64,000 nt of DNA from Prevotella sp. (GTDB lineage Bacteria; Bacteroidota; Bacteroidia; Bacteroidales; Bacteroidaceae), in assembly GCA_003483565.1 (NCBI GenBank), contig DMYZ01000231.1, positions 8,051-72,050 of the forward strand, written 5' to 3'. The position numbers were made by a program, and so were the translations under genes. Below are positions 9,423 to 19,361 of the stretch, in pieces. The notes beneath the pieces were generated by a model, which searched no databases, was not told where the DNA came from, and worked only from the letters and a program-made list of their open reading frames with translations. How positions within the stretch are numbered: position 1 is the stretch's first letter; every line of letters starts with the position of its first letter.

Positions 9423-9842
9423 ATGGCTTTAAAACAGACCGACAAAATATTAGATGATTTCGAGCATAATGTCACTAACCGTATTGCGGCTTTTGATAAT
9501 AGAAATGATTTTCCACGAATGGAGGATTATGGTGTAACGAAAGAAGCTCTTGACAGTTATCTCTTTGACAAACAGGCAATTCTTGACAGTGGGGGGAGCG
9601 AGCGTTCCCGTTATACGATTGCAGGTTTTTTGATTGTTCTGCCTGTTATTGTTATGTCTGCGTACCCAGATAAAGATTTGCCGTTTGGTGAGATGACTAT
9701 TCTGTTGGCTATTGGGGTTGGATTATTACTTTGTCTTGTAGTATGGCTTTTGTGGAATTTGTCTGTTCAAATCCGGTTGAAGAAGATAGCAAATAAGCAA
9801 CTGGACAACTATATCAAAGATGTGTTGGATTATAGAATTTAA
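9423..9842 (+). CDS. hypothetical membrane protein (two TM helices)
   Basis: Two hydrophobic segments in the C-terminal half. Confidence 0.75.
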   Translation: MALKQTDKILDDFEHNVTNRIAAFDNRNDFPRMEDYGVTKEALDSYLFDKQAILDSGGSERSRYTIAGFLIVLPVIVMSAYPDKDLPFGEMTILLAIGVGLLLCLVVWLLWNLSVQIRLKKIANKQLDNYIKDVLDYRI

Positions 9843-9854
9843 AAGATCATAAAT

Positions 9855-10271
9855 ATGCAAATGTCTGATTTACCTGATTTTATGTCTTATAAGGACAAAT
9901 TCAATAAGCGCGCTTTCATTGAGAAAATTTCTCGTATAGCCAAGCGTTCAGGGGCTAAGTTTGTTTATGCCGCACTTGTTTTGTATTATACATTGGATAG
10001 CAATAAGGTATCTTTTAAGGATAAAGCTCTTATTCTTGGAGCTTTAGGATACCTTATCAGTCCGTTGGATGTTATACCTGATGCAATACCTCTCGCTGGA
10101 TTGAGTGATGATTTGGCAGTTTTAATTTATGTTGTCAAAAAAGTCTGGGGTGATGTTGGTGATGATATCAAAAAGAAGGCAAAAGATAAACTAACCCAGT
10201 GGTTTGACAGTGACGAGGTTAAGGAAGCTGATGACCTTTTTAAGAATGACCGTACTGAGGACCCTGTTTAA
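9855..10271 (+). CDS. YkvA/DUF1232 family membrane protein
   Basis: GALGYLISPLDVIPDAIPLAGLSDD signature. Confidence 0.9.
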   Translation: MQMSDLPDFMSYKDKFNKRAFIEKISRIAKRSGAKFVYAALVLYYTLDSNKVSFKDKALILGALGYLISPLDVIPDAIPLAGLSDDLAVLIYVVKKVWGDVGDDIKKKAKDKLTQWFDSDEVKEADDLFKNDRTEDPV

Positions 10272-10428
10272 GAGAAAACAGCTGTTAGCCTTTTGATATA
10301 ATGTGAGGTTCGTTTTTTTTTTTGTAAATTTTTATATCAATAAAATCTTCTGTCTGCATGTTTCAGTCTGGAATTGTTGAAGTCTATCTTTTCATGAAAC
10401 GTGACGGGATAAATTATGAATTTTGAGA

Positions 10429-10538
10429 AATAGAATTCTATTAAAGCATCAATAGAGTTGTGTTTAGTCACGAATTAACTCCTGTTTAGCCGCGAAATAC
10501 GTCTTAATTCATCATTAAATACAATGTAATTAATGGCT
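10429..10538. repeat. degenerate 22-bp tandem array (5 units)
   Basis: Units at 10429, 10451, 10473, 10495, 10517: aatagaattctattaaagcatc / aatagagttgtgtttagtcacg / aattaactcctgtttagccgcg / aaatacgtcttaattcatcatt / aaatacaatgtaattaatggct. Confidence 0.55.
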
Positions 10539-10714
10539 TGTCGGAGAGCGCTGGAAATGTGATATTTTATAAGCTTCAGTAAATCAGTGAATTATAAGTA
10601 TGCCTGGGGCTTTGGTATTTAGAAGCAGAAGTCAAGTTACTTAGTAATATGTTGTTTTTAGAGTAGTTATTGTTGATATTTATGACATCTATTTTTGTGC
10701 TTTTTGTATATAAG

Positions 10715-10750
10715 AAAAAAGGAATTTTCCTAAAGAAAAATTCCTTTTTT
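10715..10750 (-). terminator. terminator downstream of tRNA-Cys
   Basis: aaaaaaggaatttt / aaaattcctttttt hairpin flanked by A and T runs. Confidence 0.75.
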
Positions 10751-10761
10751 TGATTTTGATG

Positions 10762-10832
10762 AGGTACCTAGCAGAGTCGAACTGCTCTCCACGGTTTTGC
10801 AGACCGTTACCTAACCGATCGGCCAAGGTACC
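10762..10832 (-). tRNA. tRNA-Cys (GCA)
   Basis: Minus strand GGTACCT TGGCCGATCGGTTAGGTA ACGGT CTGCAAA ACCGT GGAG AGCAG TTCGACT CTGCT AGGTACC T; CCA not encoded. Confidence 0.95.
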
Positions 10833-10850
10833 ATTTCTAAATTGCGAGTG

Positions 10851-10858
10851 CAAAGGTA
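10851..10858 (-). promoter_or_regulatory. -7 promoter element for tRNA-Cys
   Basis: TACCTTTG on minus strand 18 nt upstream of the tRNA. Confidence 0.7.
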
Positions 10859-10882
10859 GAATTTTTATTTTATTCTACAAAA

Positions 10883-11089
10883 TTATTTTCCAATTTTTTG
10901 TGAAAAAACTTTCTTATGTTCTTTCCTTTGCTCTTTCAATTTTTGCTGCCATTGTTTATGGATACTACATCCGGAGCATCCATACGCTTGGTCTTTATTA
11001 TGTTTTAGGGAATGATATGCCTTGTATATAGCGTATGCCCATGCTGCAATGATAATGATTGCTACGATAATATATTGTATTGTTGCCAT
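10883..11089 (-). CDS. FeoB-associated Cys-rich membrane protein-like
   Basis: N-terminal TM helix followed by GCSGCSIH and a basic tail. Confidence 0.7.
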   Translation of the reverse strand: MATIQYIIVAIIIIAAWAYAIYKAYHSLKHNKDQAYGCSGCSIHKQWQQKLKEQRKEHKKVFSQKIGK

Positions 11090-11110
11090 AAGAGAATTGT
11101 TATCTGGGAA

Positions 11111-11140
11111 AAGAAGGCAGACAGTAATGCCTGCCTTCTT
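11111..11140 (-). terminator. hairpin/terminator after proS
   Basis: aagaaggcag / ctgccttctt inverted repeat. Confidence 0.6.
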
Positions 11141-11145
11141 GAATA

Positions 11146-12627
11146 TTAATAACTTCTAGCGATAATAACACGATATTTGGCTGGCTTCCCGGAGACCATG
11201 TCTATGCCTGGAGTTTGCTCGAAAGCGAACGGGATGCATCGGATGGTAGCCTGGGTGTCGTCTTTTATTTTGGCCTCTGTTTCTGCTGTGCCATCCCAGT
11301 GACAGAGGAAAAATCCTCCGTCCTTAACGCGTTCTTTGAATTCATCATAGTTATCACATTCGAAGATGTGAGAATCACGGAATTTTATTGCTTTGTTGAA
11401 AATGTTTTTCTGAATGTCGTCAAGAGTGTTTGTTACTCGTTCGACAATGCCGTCAAAACTAACATTCTCTTTGTCGAGAGTATCGCGACGCATGATTTCG
11501 ATTGTGTTATTTTCAAGATCCCGTCCACCCATGACGAGACGTACAGGAATACCCTTCAATTCATAATCGGCATATTTGAACCCTGGACGCTTGTTGTCTG
11601 CATCATCAAATTTAACAGATATATTAAGTTGACGAAGTTGTTCGATAACAGGTTGCAACTTTTCATTGAGCTGCTCTTTCTGTTCGTCATTCTTATAGAT
11701 AGGGATGATGACAACCTGGATAGGAGCCAGTTTTGGCGGTAACACAAGACCGTTGTCATCAGAGTGAGTCATGATGAGAGCCCCCATCAGTCGTGTGGAA
11801 ACCCCCCATGAGGTAGCCCATACGTATTCAGGTTTGTTGTCCTTGGTTAGATAAGTTACATCGAAGCTCTTCGCAAAATTCTGACCCAGGAAATGAGAAG
11901 TTCCGCTTTGTAGTGCCTTGCCATCTTGCATCATTGCTTCTATCGTATAAGTGTTGATAGCTCCGGCGAAGCGTTCTGTCTCACTCTTTACTCCCTGCAT
12001 AACAGGTACAGCCATCCAGTTTTCTACAAAGTCAGCATAAACGTGAAGCATATCTTGTGCCATCTGTTCTGCTTCTTCACGGGTAGCATGAGCCGTATGG
12101 CCTTCTTGCCATAAGAATTCAGAGGTACGGAGAAAAGGACGTGTGCGCATTTCCCAGCGCATCACGTTGCACCATTGATTGCATTTTATAGGCAGGTCAC
12201 GCCAACTGTGGATCCAGTTCTTATAGGTGTTCCAGATGATTGTTTCAGAAGTCGGGCGGATAATAAGTTCTTCATCAAGTTTTGCCTCAGGGTCAACAAC
12301 GACACTGTTGCCATCTTCAGAAGCTTTCAGCCGGTAGTGTGTCACTACAGCACATTCTTTGGCAAATCCTTTGACATGTTCTGCCTCTCGGGAAAGGAAA
12401 CTCTTGGGAATAAGAAGTGGGAAATAAGCATTTTGTACACCTTTCAACTTAAACATCTTATCCAGTTGCTCTTTCATTTTTTCCCAGATAGCAAATCCGT
12501 AAGGTTTGATGATCATACATCCTCTTACAGGGGCTTGTTCTGCCAAGTCTGCTTTTGTAACCAAGTCATTGTACCATTGACTATAGTTGTCAGCACGCTT
12601 GGTCAATTGTTTTAATTCTTTTGCCAT
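11146..12627 (-). CDS. proS: proline--tRNA ligase (archaeal/eukaryote-like type)
   Basis: [36 protein letters not shown]-terminal IARSY. Confidence 0.97.
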   Translation of the reverse strand: MAKELKQLTKRADNYSQWYNDLVTKADLAEQAPVRGCMIIKPYGFAIWEKMKEQLDKMFKLKGVQNAYFPLLIPKSFLSREAEHVKGFAKECAVVTHYRLKASEDGNSVVVDPEAKLDEELIIRPTSETIIWNTYKNWIHSWRDLPIKCNQWCNVMRWEMRTRPFLRTSEFLWQEGHTAHATREEAEQMAQDMLHVYADFVENWMAVPVMQGVKSETERFAGAINTYTIEAMMQDGKALQSGTSHFLGQNFAKSFDVTYLTKDNKPEYVWATSWGVSTRLMGALIMTHSDDNGLVLPPKLAPIQVVIIPIYKNDEQKEQLNEKLQPVIEQLRQLNISVKFDDADNKRPGFKYADYELKGIPVRLVMGGRDLENNTIEIMRRDTLDKENVSFDGIVERVTNTLDDIQKNIFNKAIKFRDSHIFECDNYDEFKERVKDGGFFLCHWDGTAETEAKIKDDTQATIRCIPFAFEQTPGIDMVSGKPAKYRVIIARSY

Positions 12628-12660
12628 TGTTTTCTAACTTGCTTGTTATTCAATTTGTGG

Positions 12661-12720
12661 CAAAAGTACTAAAAAAAGTTGATAAAAAGGGGCAGTATCA
12701 TAAAAAAAGAGGTATCTTTG
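12661..12720. promoter_or_regulatory. divergent -7 elements for proS and the OmpA gene
   Basis: TACTTTTG on minus (12668-12661) and TATCTTTG on plus (12713-12720). Confidence 0.65.
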
Positions 12721-12752
12721 CATATAGATTATTTTTTAGACAGTTGGAGATT

Positions 12753-13442
12753 ATGAAAAAGATGAATATTACAATTGCAGCTATGTCTTTTCTGCTACTG
12801 ACAGGCTGTGGCACAAATCAAGGTAATGGAACCCTTCTAGGCGCTGGTGGAGGTGCCGCATTAGGTGGTCTTATTGGTGCTATCGGTAATCATAGCCATC
12901 ATGGCACAGGGGCTCTTGTCGGAGCTGCTATTGGTGCTGCTGTAGGTAGTGCCGCTGGTACTGTGATAGGGCATCATATGGATAAAGTCAAACAAGATGT
13001 GATTAAGAATGTCAATAATGCTTCTGTTGATGAAGTTACAGATGCTAATGGACTGAAGGCTGTCAAAGTCACTTTTGACAGCGGCTTGCAGTTCGATTTA
13101 AATAAGGCATCACTAAAGAGTGCTGCTCAGGTTGATTTGTTTAAGTTTGCTAAAGTGCTGAAGAATGATAGCCAGTTGTCTGTCGACATACAGGGCTATA
13201 CGGATGCAACGGGTGGGGACAAGATTAATCTTCCGTTGAGTGATGCTCGTGCTAAAGCTGTTGCCAGTTATTTACAACAGGCTGGTGTATCAGCAAGCCA
13301 GTTTAAGAATGTTGCTGGCTATGGCAGCCAGAATCCTATTGTCAATCAGGAAGTGGCACCTCAGAATCGTCGTGTTGAAGTTTATTTGTATGCTAGTGAT
13401 GCTATGGTGAAGAGTGCAGAGAATGGTACTCTTGGTGAGTAA
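12753..13442 (+). CDS. OmpA family lipoprotein with glycine zipper
   Basis: Lipobox LLTGC; GxxxG zipper; OmpA C-terminal GYTD...NLPLSDARA...NRRVE; start at 12753 after the promoter. Confidence 0.92.
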   Translation: MKKMNITIAAMSFLLLTGCGTNQGNGTLLGAGGGAALGGLIGAIGNHSHHGTGALVGAAIGAAVGSAAGTVIGHHMDKVKQDVIKNVNNASVDEVTDANGLKAVKVTFDSGLQFDLNKASLKSAAQVDLFKFAKVLKNDSQLSVDIQGYTDATGGDKINLPLSDARAKAVASYLQQAGVSASQFKNVAGYGSQNPIVNQEVAPQNRRVEVYLYASDAMVKSAENGTLGE

Positions 13443-14176
13443 TGAAGAAAAAGATACTAATAATTGTTAGATGGATGGTGGCATTGTTTTTCAGTACCAC
13501 CATTCTTGCTGTAGTGATATATCGATTCTTTCCAGTGTATTTTACCCCTTTGATGTTTATTCGTTGTGCCCAGCAGTTTTCCGATGATAAGAGTCTTACC
13601 CTGCATCATCATTGGGTGTCGATGGGAAAAATATCAGAGCATATGCCAGTAGCGGTTATGGCTAGTGAAGACCAGCGTTTTCTCTTGCATCATGGTTTTG
13701 ATTTCGGTGCCATAGAAAACGCAGCTAAAAATAATCTGCATGGTGGAAAAATGCATGGAGGAAGTACAATTAGCCAGCAGACAGCCAAAAATGTTTTTCT
13801 TTGGCCGGGCAGAAGTTGGATTCGCAAAGGATTTGAAGTCTACTTTACCTTTATGATAGAGACATTATGGAGTAAGCAGCGTATTATGGAAGTTTACCTG
13901 AATAGTATAGAAATGGGCGACGGAATCTATGGTGTGGATGCAGTGGCTGAGTATCATTTCCATAAAAAGGCCAAAGATCTTTTTCGGGATGAATGTGCTC
14001 TTATAGCCGCTACTCTTCCTAATCCTCTTAAGTTTAATTCTGCTCATCCGGGTAGTTATATTCGAAAACGCCAGCATCAGATAGAACAACAGATGCGTTT
14101 TATTCCTGCATTTCCTGCAGAAGGGGAAGATGTAAATCCTGAAACTGTGGTCGGAGGAACTTACAGACGGAGATAA
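13442..14176 (+). CDS. mtgA: monofunctional peptidoglycan transglycosylase
   Basis: SEDQRFLLHHG, GGSTISQQTAKN, RKGFE, EVYLNSIEMG. Confidence 0.95.
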   Translation: MKKKILIIVRWMVALFFSTTILAVVIYRFFPVYFTPLMFIRCAQQFSDDKSLTLHHHWVSMGKISEHMPVAVMASEDQRFLLHHGFDFGAIENAAKNNLHGGKMHGGSTISQQTAKNVFLWPGRSWIRKGFEVYFTFMIETLWSKQRIMEVYLNSIEMGDGIYGVDAVAEYHFHKKAKDLFRDECALIAATLPNPLKFNSAHPGSYIRKRQHQIEQQMRFIPAFPAEGEDVNPETVVGGTYRRR

Positions 14177-14200
14177 TAGATAAAAGATATATGGAATTAT

Positions 14201-16582
14201 ATGGAAAAGCAAGACTTGCTGAGTAATTTAAACGATTCACAGCGTCAGGCTGTAGAGTATATGGATGGGCCTTCGCTTGTTATTGCTGGTGCTGGCTCTG
14301 GAAAAACTCGTGTTCTTACTTACAAAATAGCCTATTTGTTGCAAAAAGGCATATCCCCGAATCATATTCTGGCTCTGACTTTCACCAATAAAGCGGCTAA
14401 GGAGATGAAGGAACGTATTGCAAAACTGGCAGGTGATAAACAGGTTAGATATCTTGCTATGGGTACTTTTCACTCGATCTTTTCCCATATCCTTCGATAT
14501 GAAGCTCCGATGATAGGGTATAAATCCAACTTTACAATATATGATGAAGCAGATTCGAGATCTCTTCTTAAGTCAATCATCAAGGAAATGGGGTTGGATG
14601 ATAAAATTTATAAGCCTGCTGCTGTTCACAGTAAAATATCCATGGCGAAGAACCGTCTTATTGATGCTGCTCATTATGCTTCAAATCGTGAATTCCTCAA
14701 TAGAGACATGGATGCCAGACAGCCAGAGATAAACCATATCTTTACAGCTTATGAAGAGCGGTGTAAAAAGGCTAATGCTATGGATTTTGACGACCTTCTT
14801 GTTCTTACATTTGTCTTGTTTCGCGATCATGAGGATGTTCGATGCAAATATGCCGGGCGTTTTCAATATGTCTTAGTTGATGAGTATCAGGATACGAATT
14901 ATGCCCAACAGCAAATTGTGTTGCAGCTTACTAAGGAAAATCAACATGTCTTTGTAGTTGGGGATGATTATCAGAGTATTTATGCCTTTCGTGGAGCGAA
15001 TATAGATAATATACTTAACTTCCAGAAGATATATCCCAATTGTCGTCTTTTCAAACTGGAACGTAATTATCGCAGCACGCAGAATATTGTGGCTGCAGCA
15101 AACAGTTTGATGAAACATAATGTCCGTCAGATTCCTAAGGACGTGTATAGTGAAAATACTACCGGTGATAAAGTAACTTTGAAAAGTGCTTATAGCGATA
15201 AGGAAGAAGCTATTATTGTATGCAATGATATCAAGAGTATTAAGGCCCTTGATCATGACGATTATAGTGATTTTGCTATTTTGTATCGGACAAATTCACA
15301 AAGCCGTAGTTTTGAAGAGGAGATGCGTAAGCAGAATATTCCTTATCGTATCTTTGGCGGTTTGAGTTTTTACCAGCGTAAGGAAATAAAAGATATTATT
15401 GCTTATTTCCGCCTGGTAGCCAATCCTGCTGATGAGGAGGCCTTCAAGCGGATTATCAATTATCCGGCAAGAGGTATAGGAAGTACTACCGTCAATAAAA
15501 TAGCAGATGCGGCACGAACTCATAGCGTGAGCTTTTGGAGCGTTATTCTAGATCCTGTTTCTAATGGATTGGCAGTGAACAAGGGAACAATAGCCAAACT
15601 TAACAGTTTTAGAAATCTTATCAGTTCATATCTGGAAAAAGTTTCTGAGAAAGATGTCTTTCAGCTGGGACAGGAGATTATTCAAACAAGTGGTATATTC
15701 AGAGATATCTACGATAGTAAAGATCCTGAAGCTATAGCCCGGCAGGAGAACTTGGAAGAGTTTCTTAATGGTATGCAGGACTTTGTAGAAGAAAGAAAAG
15801 AAGAGGGAAGAGAAACAGAAATTTATTTGACAGATTATTTACAGGATGTGACTTTAATGAGTGATCTTGACAGCGAAGGAGATGCGGATCAGAGCAGGGT
15901 TTCATTGATGACGATCCATAGTGCAAAAGGGTTGGAATTTCCAATCGTTTTTGTGGTGGGGCTGGAAGAGAATATCTTTCCTAGTCCTATGTCTGCTAAT
16001 TCTCCTAGAGGATTAGAGGAAGAACGCAGACTGCTTTATGTAGCGATCACACGTGCAGAGAAACGTTGTTTTCTGACTTGTGCCAAGAACCGGTGGCGCT
16101 ATGGGAAAATGGAATTTGATACTCCCAGCCGTTTTATTCAGGATATAGATCCGATACTGCTTAATATTCAAAGCTGTAGAATGGAATATGATGACAGCAT
16201 CTATAAAAGTTCAGACTTTGAGAGTGCAAGGGATAGAATAAACTATGGCAATCATCATAGTCTTCAAGATGACAAATATAATTATTTTGGGAGCAATGCT
16301 AAGAGTGAAGGAGCTATAACAACAGATGCTGTGCCAAAAGCATCTTTAAAGAGGGTGACTCTTCGTGATATAGATTCCCGGAATACTTCTGTATCGGAAA
16401 CAGGTGCAACCTCAGATGGAGGACTGGTTGAAGGAAATATTATTGAGCATCAGCGTTTTGGTATAGGTTCAGTGGTTAAGGTGGAAGGGACTGGTGAAAA
16501 TACTAAGGCTACTGTTGATTTTAAGAATGCGGGAAGAAAACAGTTGTTGTTGAAATTTGCTAGATATGTTATAGTAAAGTGA
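14201..16582 (+). CDS. uvrD: UvrD/PcrA family ATP-dependent DNA helicase
   Basis: AGAGSGKT, TFTNKAA, VDEYQD, GDDYQSIYAFRGA, HSAKGLEF, EERRLLYVAITRA; C-terminal Tudor-like domain. Confidence 0.93.
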   Translation: MEKQDLLSNLNDSQRQAVEYMDGPSLVIAGAGSGKTRVLTYKIAYLLQKGISPNHILALTFTNKAAKEMKERIAKLAGDKQVRYLAMGTFHSIFSHILRYEAPMIGYKSNFTIYDEADSRSLLKSIIKEMGLDDKIYKPAAVHSKISMAKNRLIDAAHYASNREFLNRDMDARQPEINHIFTAYEERCKKANAMDFDDLLVLTFVLFRDHEDVRCKYAGRFQYVLVDEYQDTNYAQQQIVLQLTKENQHVFVVGDDYQSIYAFRGANIDNILNFQKIYPNCRLFKLERNYRSTQNIVAAANSLMKHNVRQIPKDVYSENTTGDKVTLKSAYSDKEEAIIVCNDIKSIKALDHDDYSDFAILYRTNSQSRSFEEEMRKQNIPYRIFGGLSFYQRKEIKDIIAYFRLVANPADEEAFKRIINYPARGIGSTTVNKIADAARTHSVSFWSVILDPVSNGLAVNKGTIAKLNSFRNLISSYLEKVSEKDVFQLGQEIIQTSGIFRDIYDSKDPEAIARQENLEEFLNGMQDFVEERKEEGRETEIYLTDYLQDVTLMSDLDSEGDADQSRVSLMTIHSAKGLEFPIVFVVGLEENIFPSPMSANSPRGLEEERRLLYVAITRAEKRCFLTCAKNRWRYGKMEFDTPSRFIQDIDPILLNIQSCRMEYDDSIYKSSDFESARDRINYGNHHSLQDDKYNYFGSNAKSEGAITTDAVPKASLKRVTLRDIDSRNTSVSETGATSDGGLVEGNIIEHQRFGIGSVVKVEGTGENTKATVDFKNAGRKQLLLKFARYVIVK

Positions 16583-16610
16583 TATTTTTTTTACTTTGAT
16601 GGAAAGGATT

Positions 16611-16666
16611 ATTATAAAACAGCAAGGGAAGAAGATTTTGATCTTCTTCCCTTGCTGTTTTATAAT
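16611..16666. terminator. perfect 26-bp inverted repeat / bidirectional terminator
   Basis: attataaaacagcaagggaagaagat-tttg-atcttcttcccttgctgttttataat between convergent genes. Confidence 0.8.
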
Positions 16667-16796
16667 GTTTCATCATCGGGTTTCTGAATATTTCTAGAAT
16701 ACTTTTTTGGCAGATGTTTTTTCTTTCTTATCCACGCTGCCTTTTGTTTTTCATAATCCAATCGGTGACGCTCTAAAAAATTGTCAGCCATGTCTT

Positions 16797-18332
16797 CTAT
16801 TTTTTATCGAATCGACTATAGATAATATTAATAGTTATTGGTGATATAGTCTTATCAAAGCTAGTTCCCTTAACCAGTTTCGTACTCGTCAAAGACATAT
16901 CATGAACAACTTTTGAAATTATAGTCGTATTTGAACTTGAGGTGGTTGTGGATATACTTACAGGGATGATGACGGCTTTGTTCCAGTTAGGATCTCCTGT
17001 AGCTTTATTCTTGTACATAGAAGAAATCAAACCTGCTATGTTGTTAAAGGTGTAAGTATTAGAGGTAGATGATGTGCTGGATGCCTTTTTTACGTATGTT
17101 GCATAGAAGGAGGTACGATAGTTGATGATATCTTCATTCTCGAAAAATGAGTATAAGCTGTCATACGGTATAATCATCAATGTTTTTGGAACGCTTAAAT
17201 TGTATTTGCTCGTACTTGTATTATTGATGCGTTGAAAAATTATTTTGGCTGTATTTAAGCTGTCATAGTTATGTCCCTTCATGATGCTGTCTACAGGAAT
17301 AGTGATTTCTGTAAATAAACCGGCAGGAGTTTTCAGATATGTGCAACTCTTATCGGAAACAAGAGCTTCCATAGTCGATTTACTGTTTGTAATATTGGTA
17401 TGCTGCAATACTTCTTCAGTACCAGAGAAAGTTGCTATATCATGATAGGTATAGGTGGTATCCTTGCCTTGAGAGTTTCCTTTACTATTTAGCGTATCTA
17501 TATGCACTGTGTAATGATAGTTAACATTAAGGTGTGTCTGGAAAAGATAGGCCATAGAGCCCGTACCACCTGTATGCTTGATATAGAATCCTGGGATTAC
17601 ATTGTGTATAAATCGGTATATCTGATGAAAATCTGCCGGATTCTTGTGATACATAGCAGTTATATACCCTCCGTAATTATTATAGGTTTTCCCGTTTTTG
17701 GTGTAAGGTTCGTCCAGCCAGATTTTAATGTTTGGTGTATAATTCTTGCTGGAGCGTTCTGAAGAGGTCAGATTCATGTCGGCAAGAGTATATACCCGTG
17801 ATTTTTTTATGCCGTCAGCCTTTACATAACCTTCTGCATATGGGTCAAAATTGGAGTAATAGTGTGTTCCTTCCTCCATCGGCTTTTCCATTTCATAGAC
17901 CGTACATTTCATGTCTTGCAGGCTGTCACCAAAATAACTGTCATAAAATAATTGTAGAGAACAAGAGTCAGCTTTCAACTCACCTGAAGGATTTTTAGCG
18001 GTTGTAATTTTAACTTTGATGGAATCATCGTAGACATAACTTGTATCATTTTGAAAAGAAAAATTATCCAAAGCATGAAACTGTACCATATAGTCACCTG
18101 TGATATAGGCGCCGGTTTCAGGATCCTTGACTCTTCCAAGATAGCCCGTACTAGAGTTGGCAAGTACGGAATCTGCAATGACAGATTGACTGACAATTCC
18201 AAAAGTATCTGTAGAGATAATCATGTTGTCCATATTGTCTGTCAGTGAGTTACCAAGAGTACCCGTTGTGTCGTCACATGCAGTAAGAGCAAGTGCTGCG
18301 ACTGCTATTGCTGCCAAAGATTTGAATCTCAT
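16797..18332 (-). CDS. DUF4270-like lipoprotein
   Basis: Lipobox LTAC-DD; YLKTPAG motif; usual Bacteroidetes position downstream of the glycogen synthase-like gene. Confidence 0.8.
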   Translation of the reverse strand: MRFKSLAAIAVAALALTACDDTTGTLGNSLTDNMDNMIISTDTFGIVSQSVIADSVLANSSTGYLGRVKDPETGAYITGDYMVQFHALDNFSFQNDTSYVYDDSIKVKITTAKNPSGELKADSCSLQLFYDSYFGDSLQDMKCTVYEMEKPMEEGTHYYSNFDPYAEGYVKADGIKKSRVYTLADMNLTSSERSSKNYTPNIKIWLDEPYTKNGKTYNNYGGYITAMYHKNPADFHQIYRFIHNVIPGFYIKHTGGTGSMAYLFQTHLNVNYHYTVHIDTLNSKGNSQGKDTTYTYHDIATFSGTEEVLQHTNITNSKSTMEALVSDKSCTYLKTPAGLFTEITIPVDSIMKGHNYDSLNTAKIIFQRINNTSTSKYNLSVPKTLMIIPYDSLYSFFENEDIINYRTSFYATYVKKASSTSSTSNTYTFNNIAGLISSMYKNKATGDPNWNKAVIIPVSISTTTSSSNTTIISKVVHDMSLTSTKLVKGTSFDKTISPITINIIYSRFDKK

Positions 18333-18387
18333 TTTTTGAAATATAATATGAAATTATTACACATATCGATCTTGCGGCATGTTTTAT

Positions 18388-19191
18388 TTAACCGATGATC
18401 TTATTAAAGAAGTCTATGTAGTGTTTTCCGTAATCCTCACTGGAATAGGAGAGTATAGGTAATTTTCTGTCCTTTGTATAGTTGAGCAATTCCTCGTTGA
18501 CATTATTCCCTGCTTCAATAATACCATCACTATAGTCAATGGCAAGTTTTCCCAGTTCCCGAAAGTCGAAATTCTCATCATACTTTTTTAGTAAGTCGGA
18601 CTTCGCATCTTTATATTCGACAAACTGTTTGAAATGGTCTCCTAAGTTGTTTTGGAGCTTATTTTCATACAGAGCAGTTATCACTTTTGAATTGGCAAAA
18701 GACGGTTCTTCATAATAAGCTTTCTTAATATAAAAAGGTACAACGGCACTGATCCAGCCTTGGCAAATAATAAGATCAGGAGTCCAACGAAGCTTTTTAA
18801 CAGTCTCCAGAACGCCTCGAGCAAAGAAAATTGCTCTTTCACCATTGTCAGTGTAGTCTTCCCCCTTTTCATCGGCACTCATCTGCCGTTTTTGAAAGTA
18901 ATCATCATTATCAATAAAATACACCTGAATTCTTGAAGTAGGAATAGAAGATACTTTGATAATCAGAGGATGGTCTGTATCGTTGATGATAAGATTCATT
19001 CCAGAGAGTCGAATCACTTCATGTAATTGCCCACGCCGCTCATTGATGTTCCCCCATTTAGGCATGAATGTCCTGATTTCGAAACCTGCCTCCTGAGCTT
19101 TTTGTGGAAGGTCTCGGCCCAATAAGGACATGTCTGTTTCCTGTACATACGGAGCAATTTCCTGATTGATAAATAATACTTTCTTTCCCAT
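18388..19191 (-). CDS. glycogen/starch synthase catalytic-domain-only protein (GT5 N-terminal)
   Basis: KVLFINQEIAPY, IRTFMPKWG, DNGERAIFFARG, PDLIIC; start at 19191 follows promoter TACCTTTG (19220-19213). Confidence 0.85.
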   Translation of the reverse strand: MGKKVLFINQEIAPYVQETDMSLLGRDLPQKAQEAGFEIRTFMPKWGNINERRGQLHEVIRLSGMNLIINDTDHPLIIKVSSIPTSRIQVYFIDNDDYFQKRQMSADEKGEDYTDNGERAIFFARGVLETVKKLRWTPDLIICQGWISAVVPFYIKKAYYEEPSFANSKVITALYENKLQNNLGDHFKQFVEYKDAKSDLLKKYDENFDFRELGKLAIDYSDGIIEAGNNVNEELLNYTKDRKLPILSYSSEDYGKHYIDFFNKIIG

Positions 19192-19361
19192 TTTATCACT
19201 TTTAGAATACTGCAAAGGTACAAAAAAAAGTTCATTTTTGGTTATAAAATCTTTTAAAACCTACAACAATAGATTATTTTGGCATATTTTTATAAAAATT
19301 CTTTCTTGTTTAAGAAAAATGTTGTTATTTTGCAGGAGATTGAAAAAACTTAATTCGCAGA

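Noticed and set aside
10429-10538. Possible CRISPR array (also considered for 48818-48927)
   Set aside because: No identical repeats separated by unique 30-40 bp spacers, and no cas genes in the window
10750-11031. 93-aa plus-strand ORF
   Set aside because: Antisense to tRNA-Cys and the Cys-rich peptide gene
12621-12752. Upstream extension of the OmpA ORF (likewise rpoD 7062, glycogen synthase 19215, C11 39795, exonuclease 54523)
   Set aside because: Extensions overlap promoter elements or precede the signal peptide; downstream ATGs fit better
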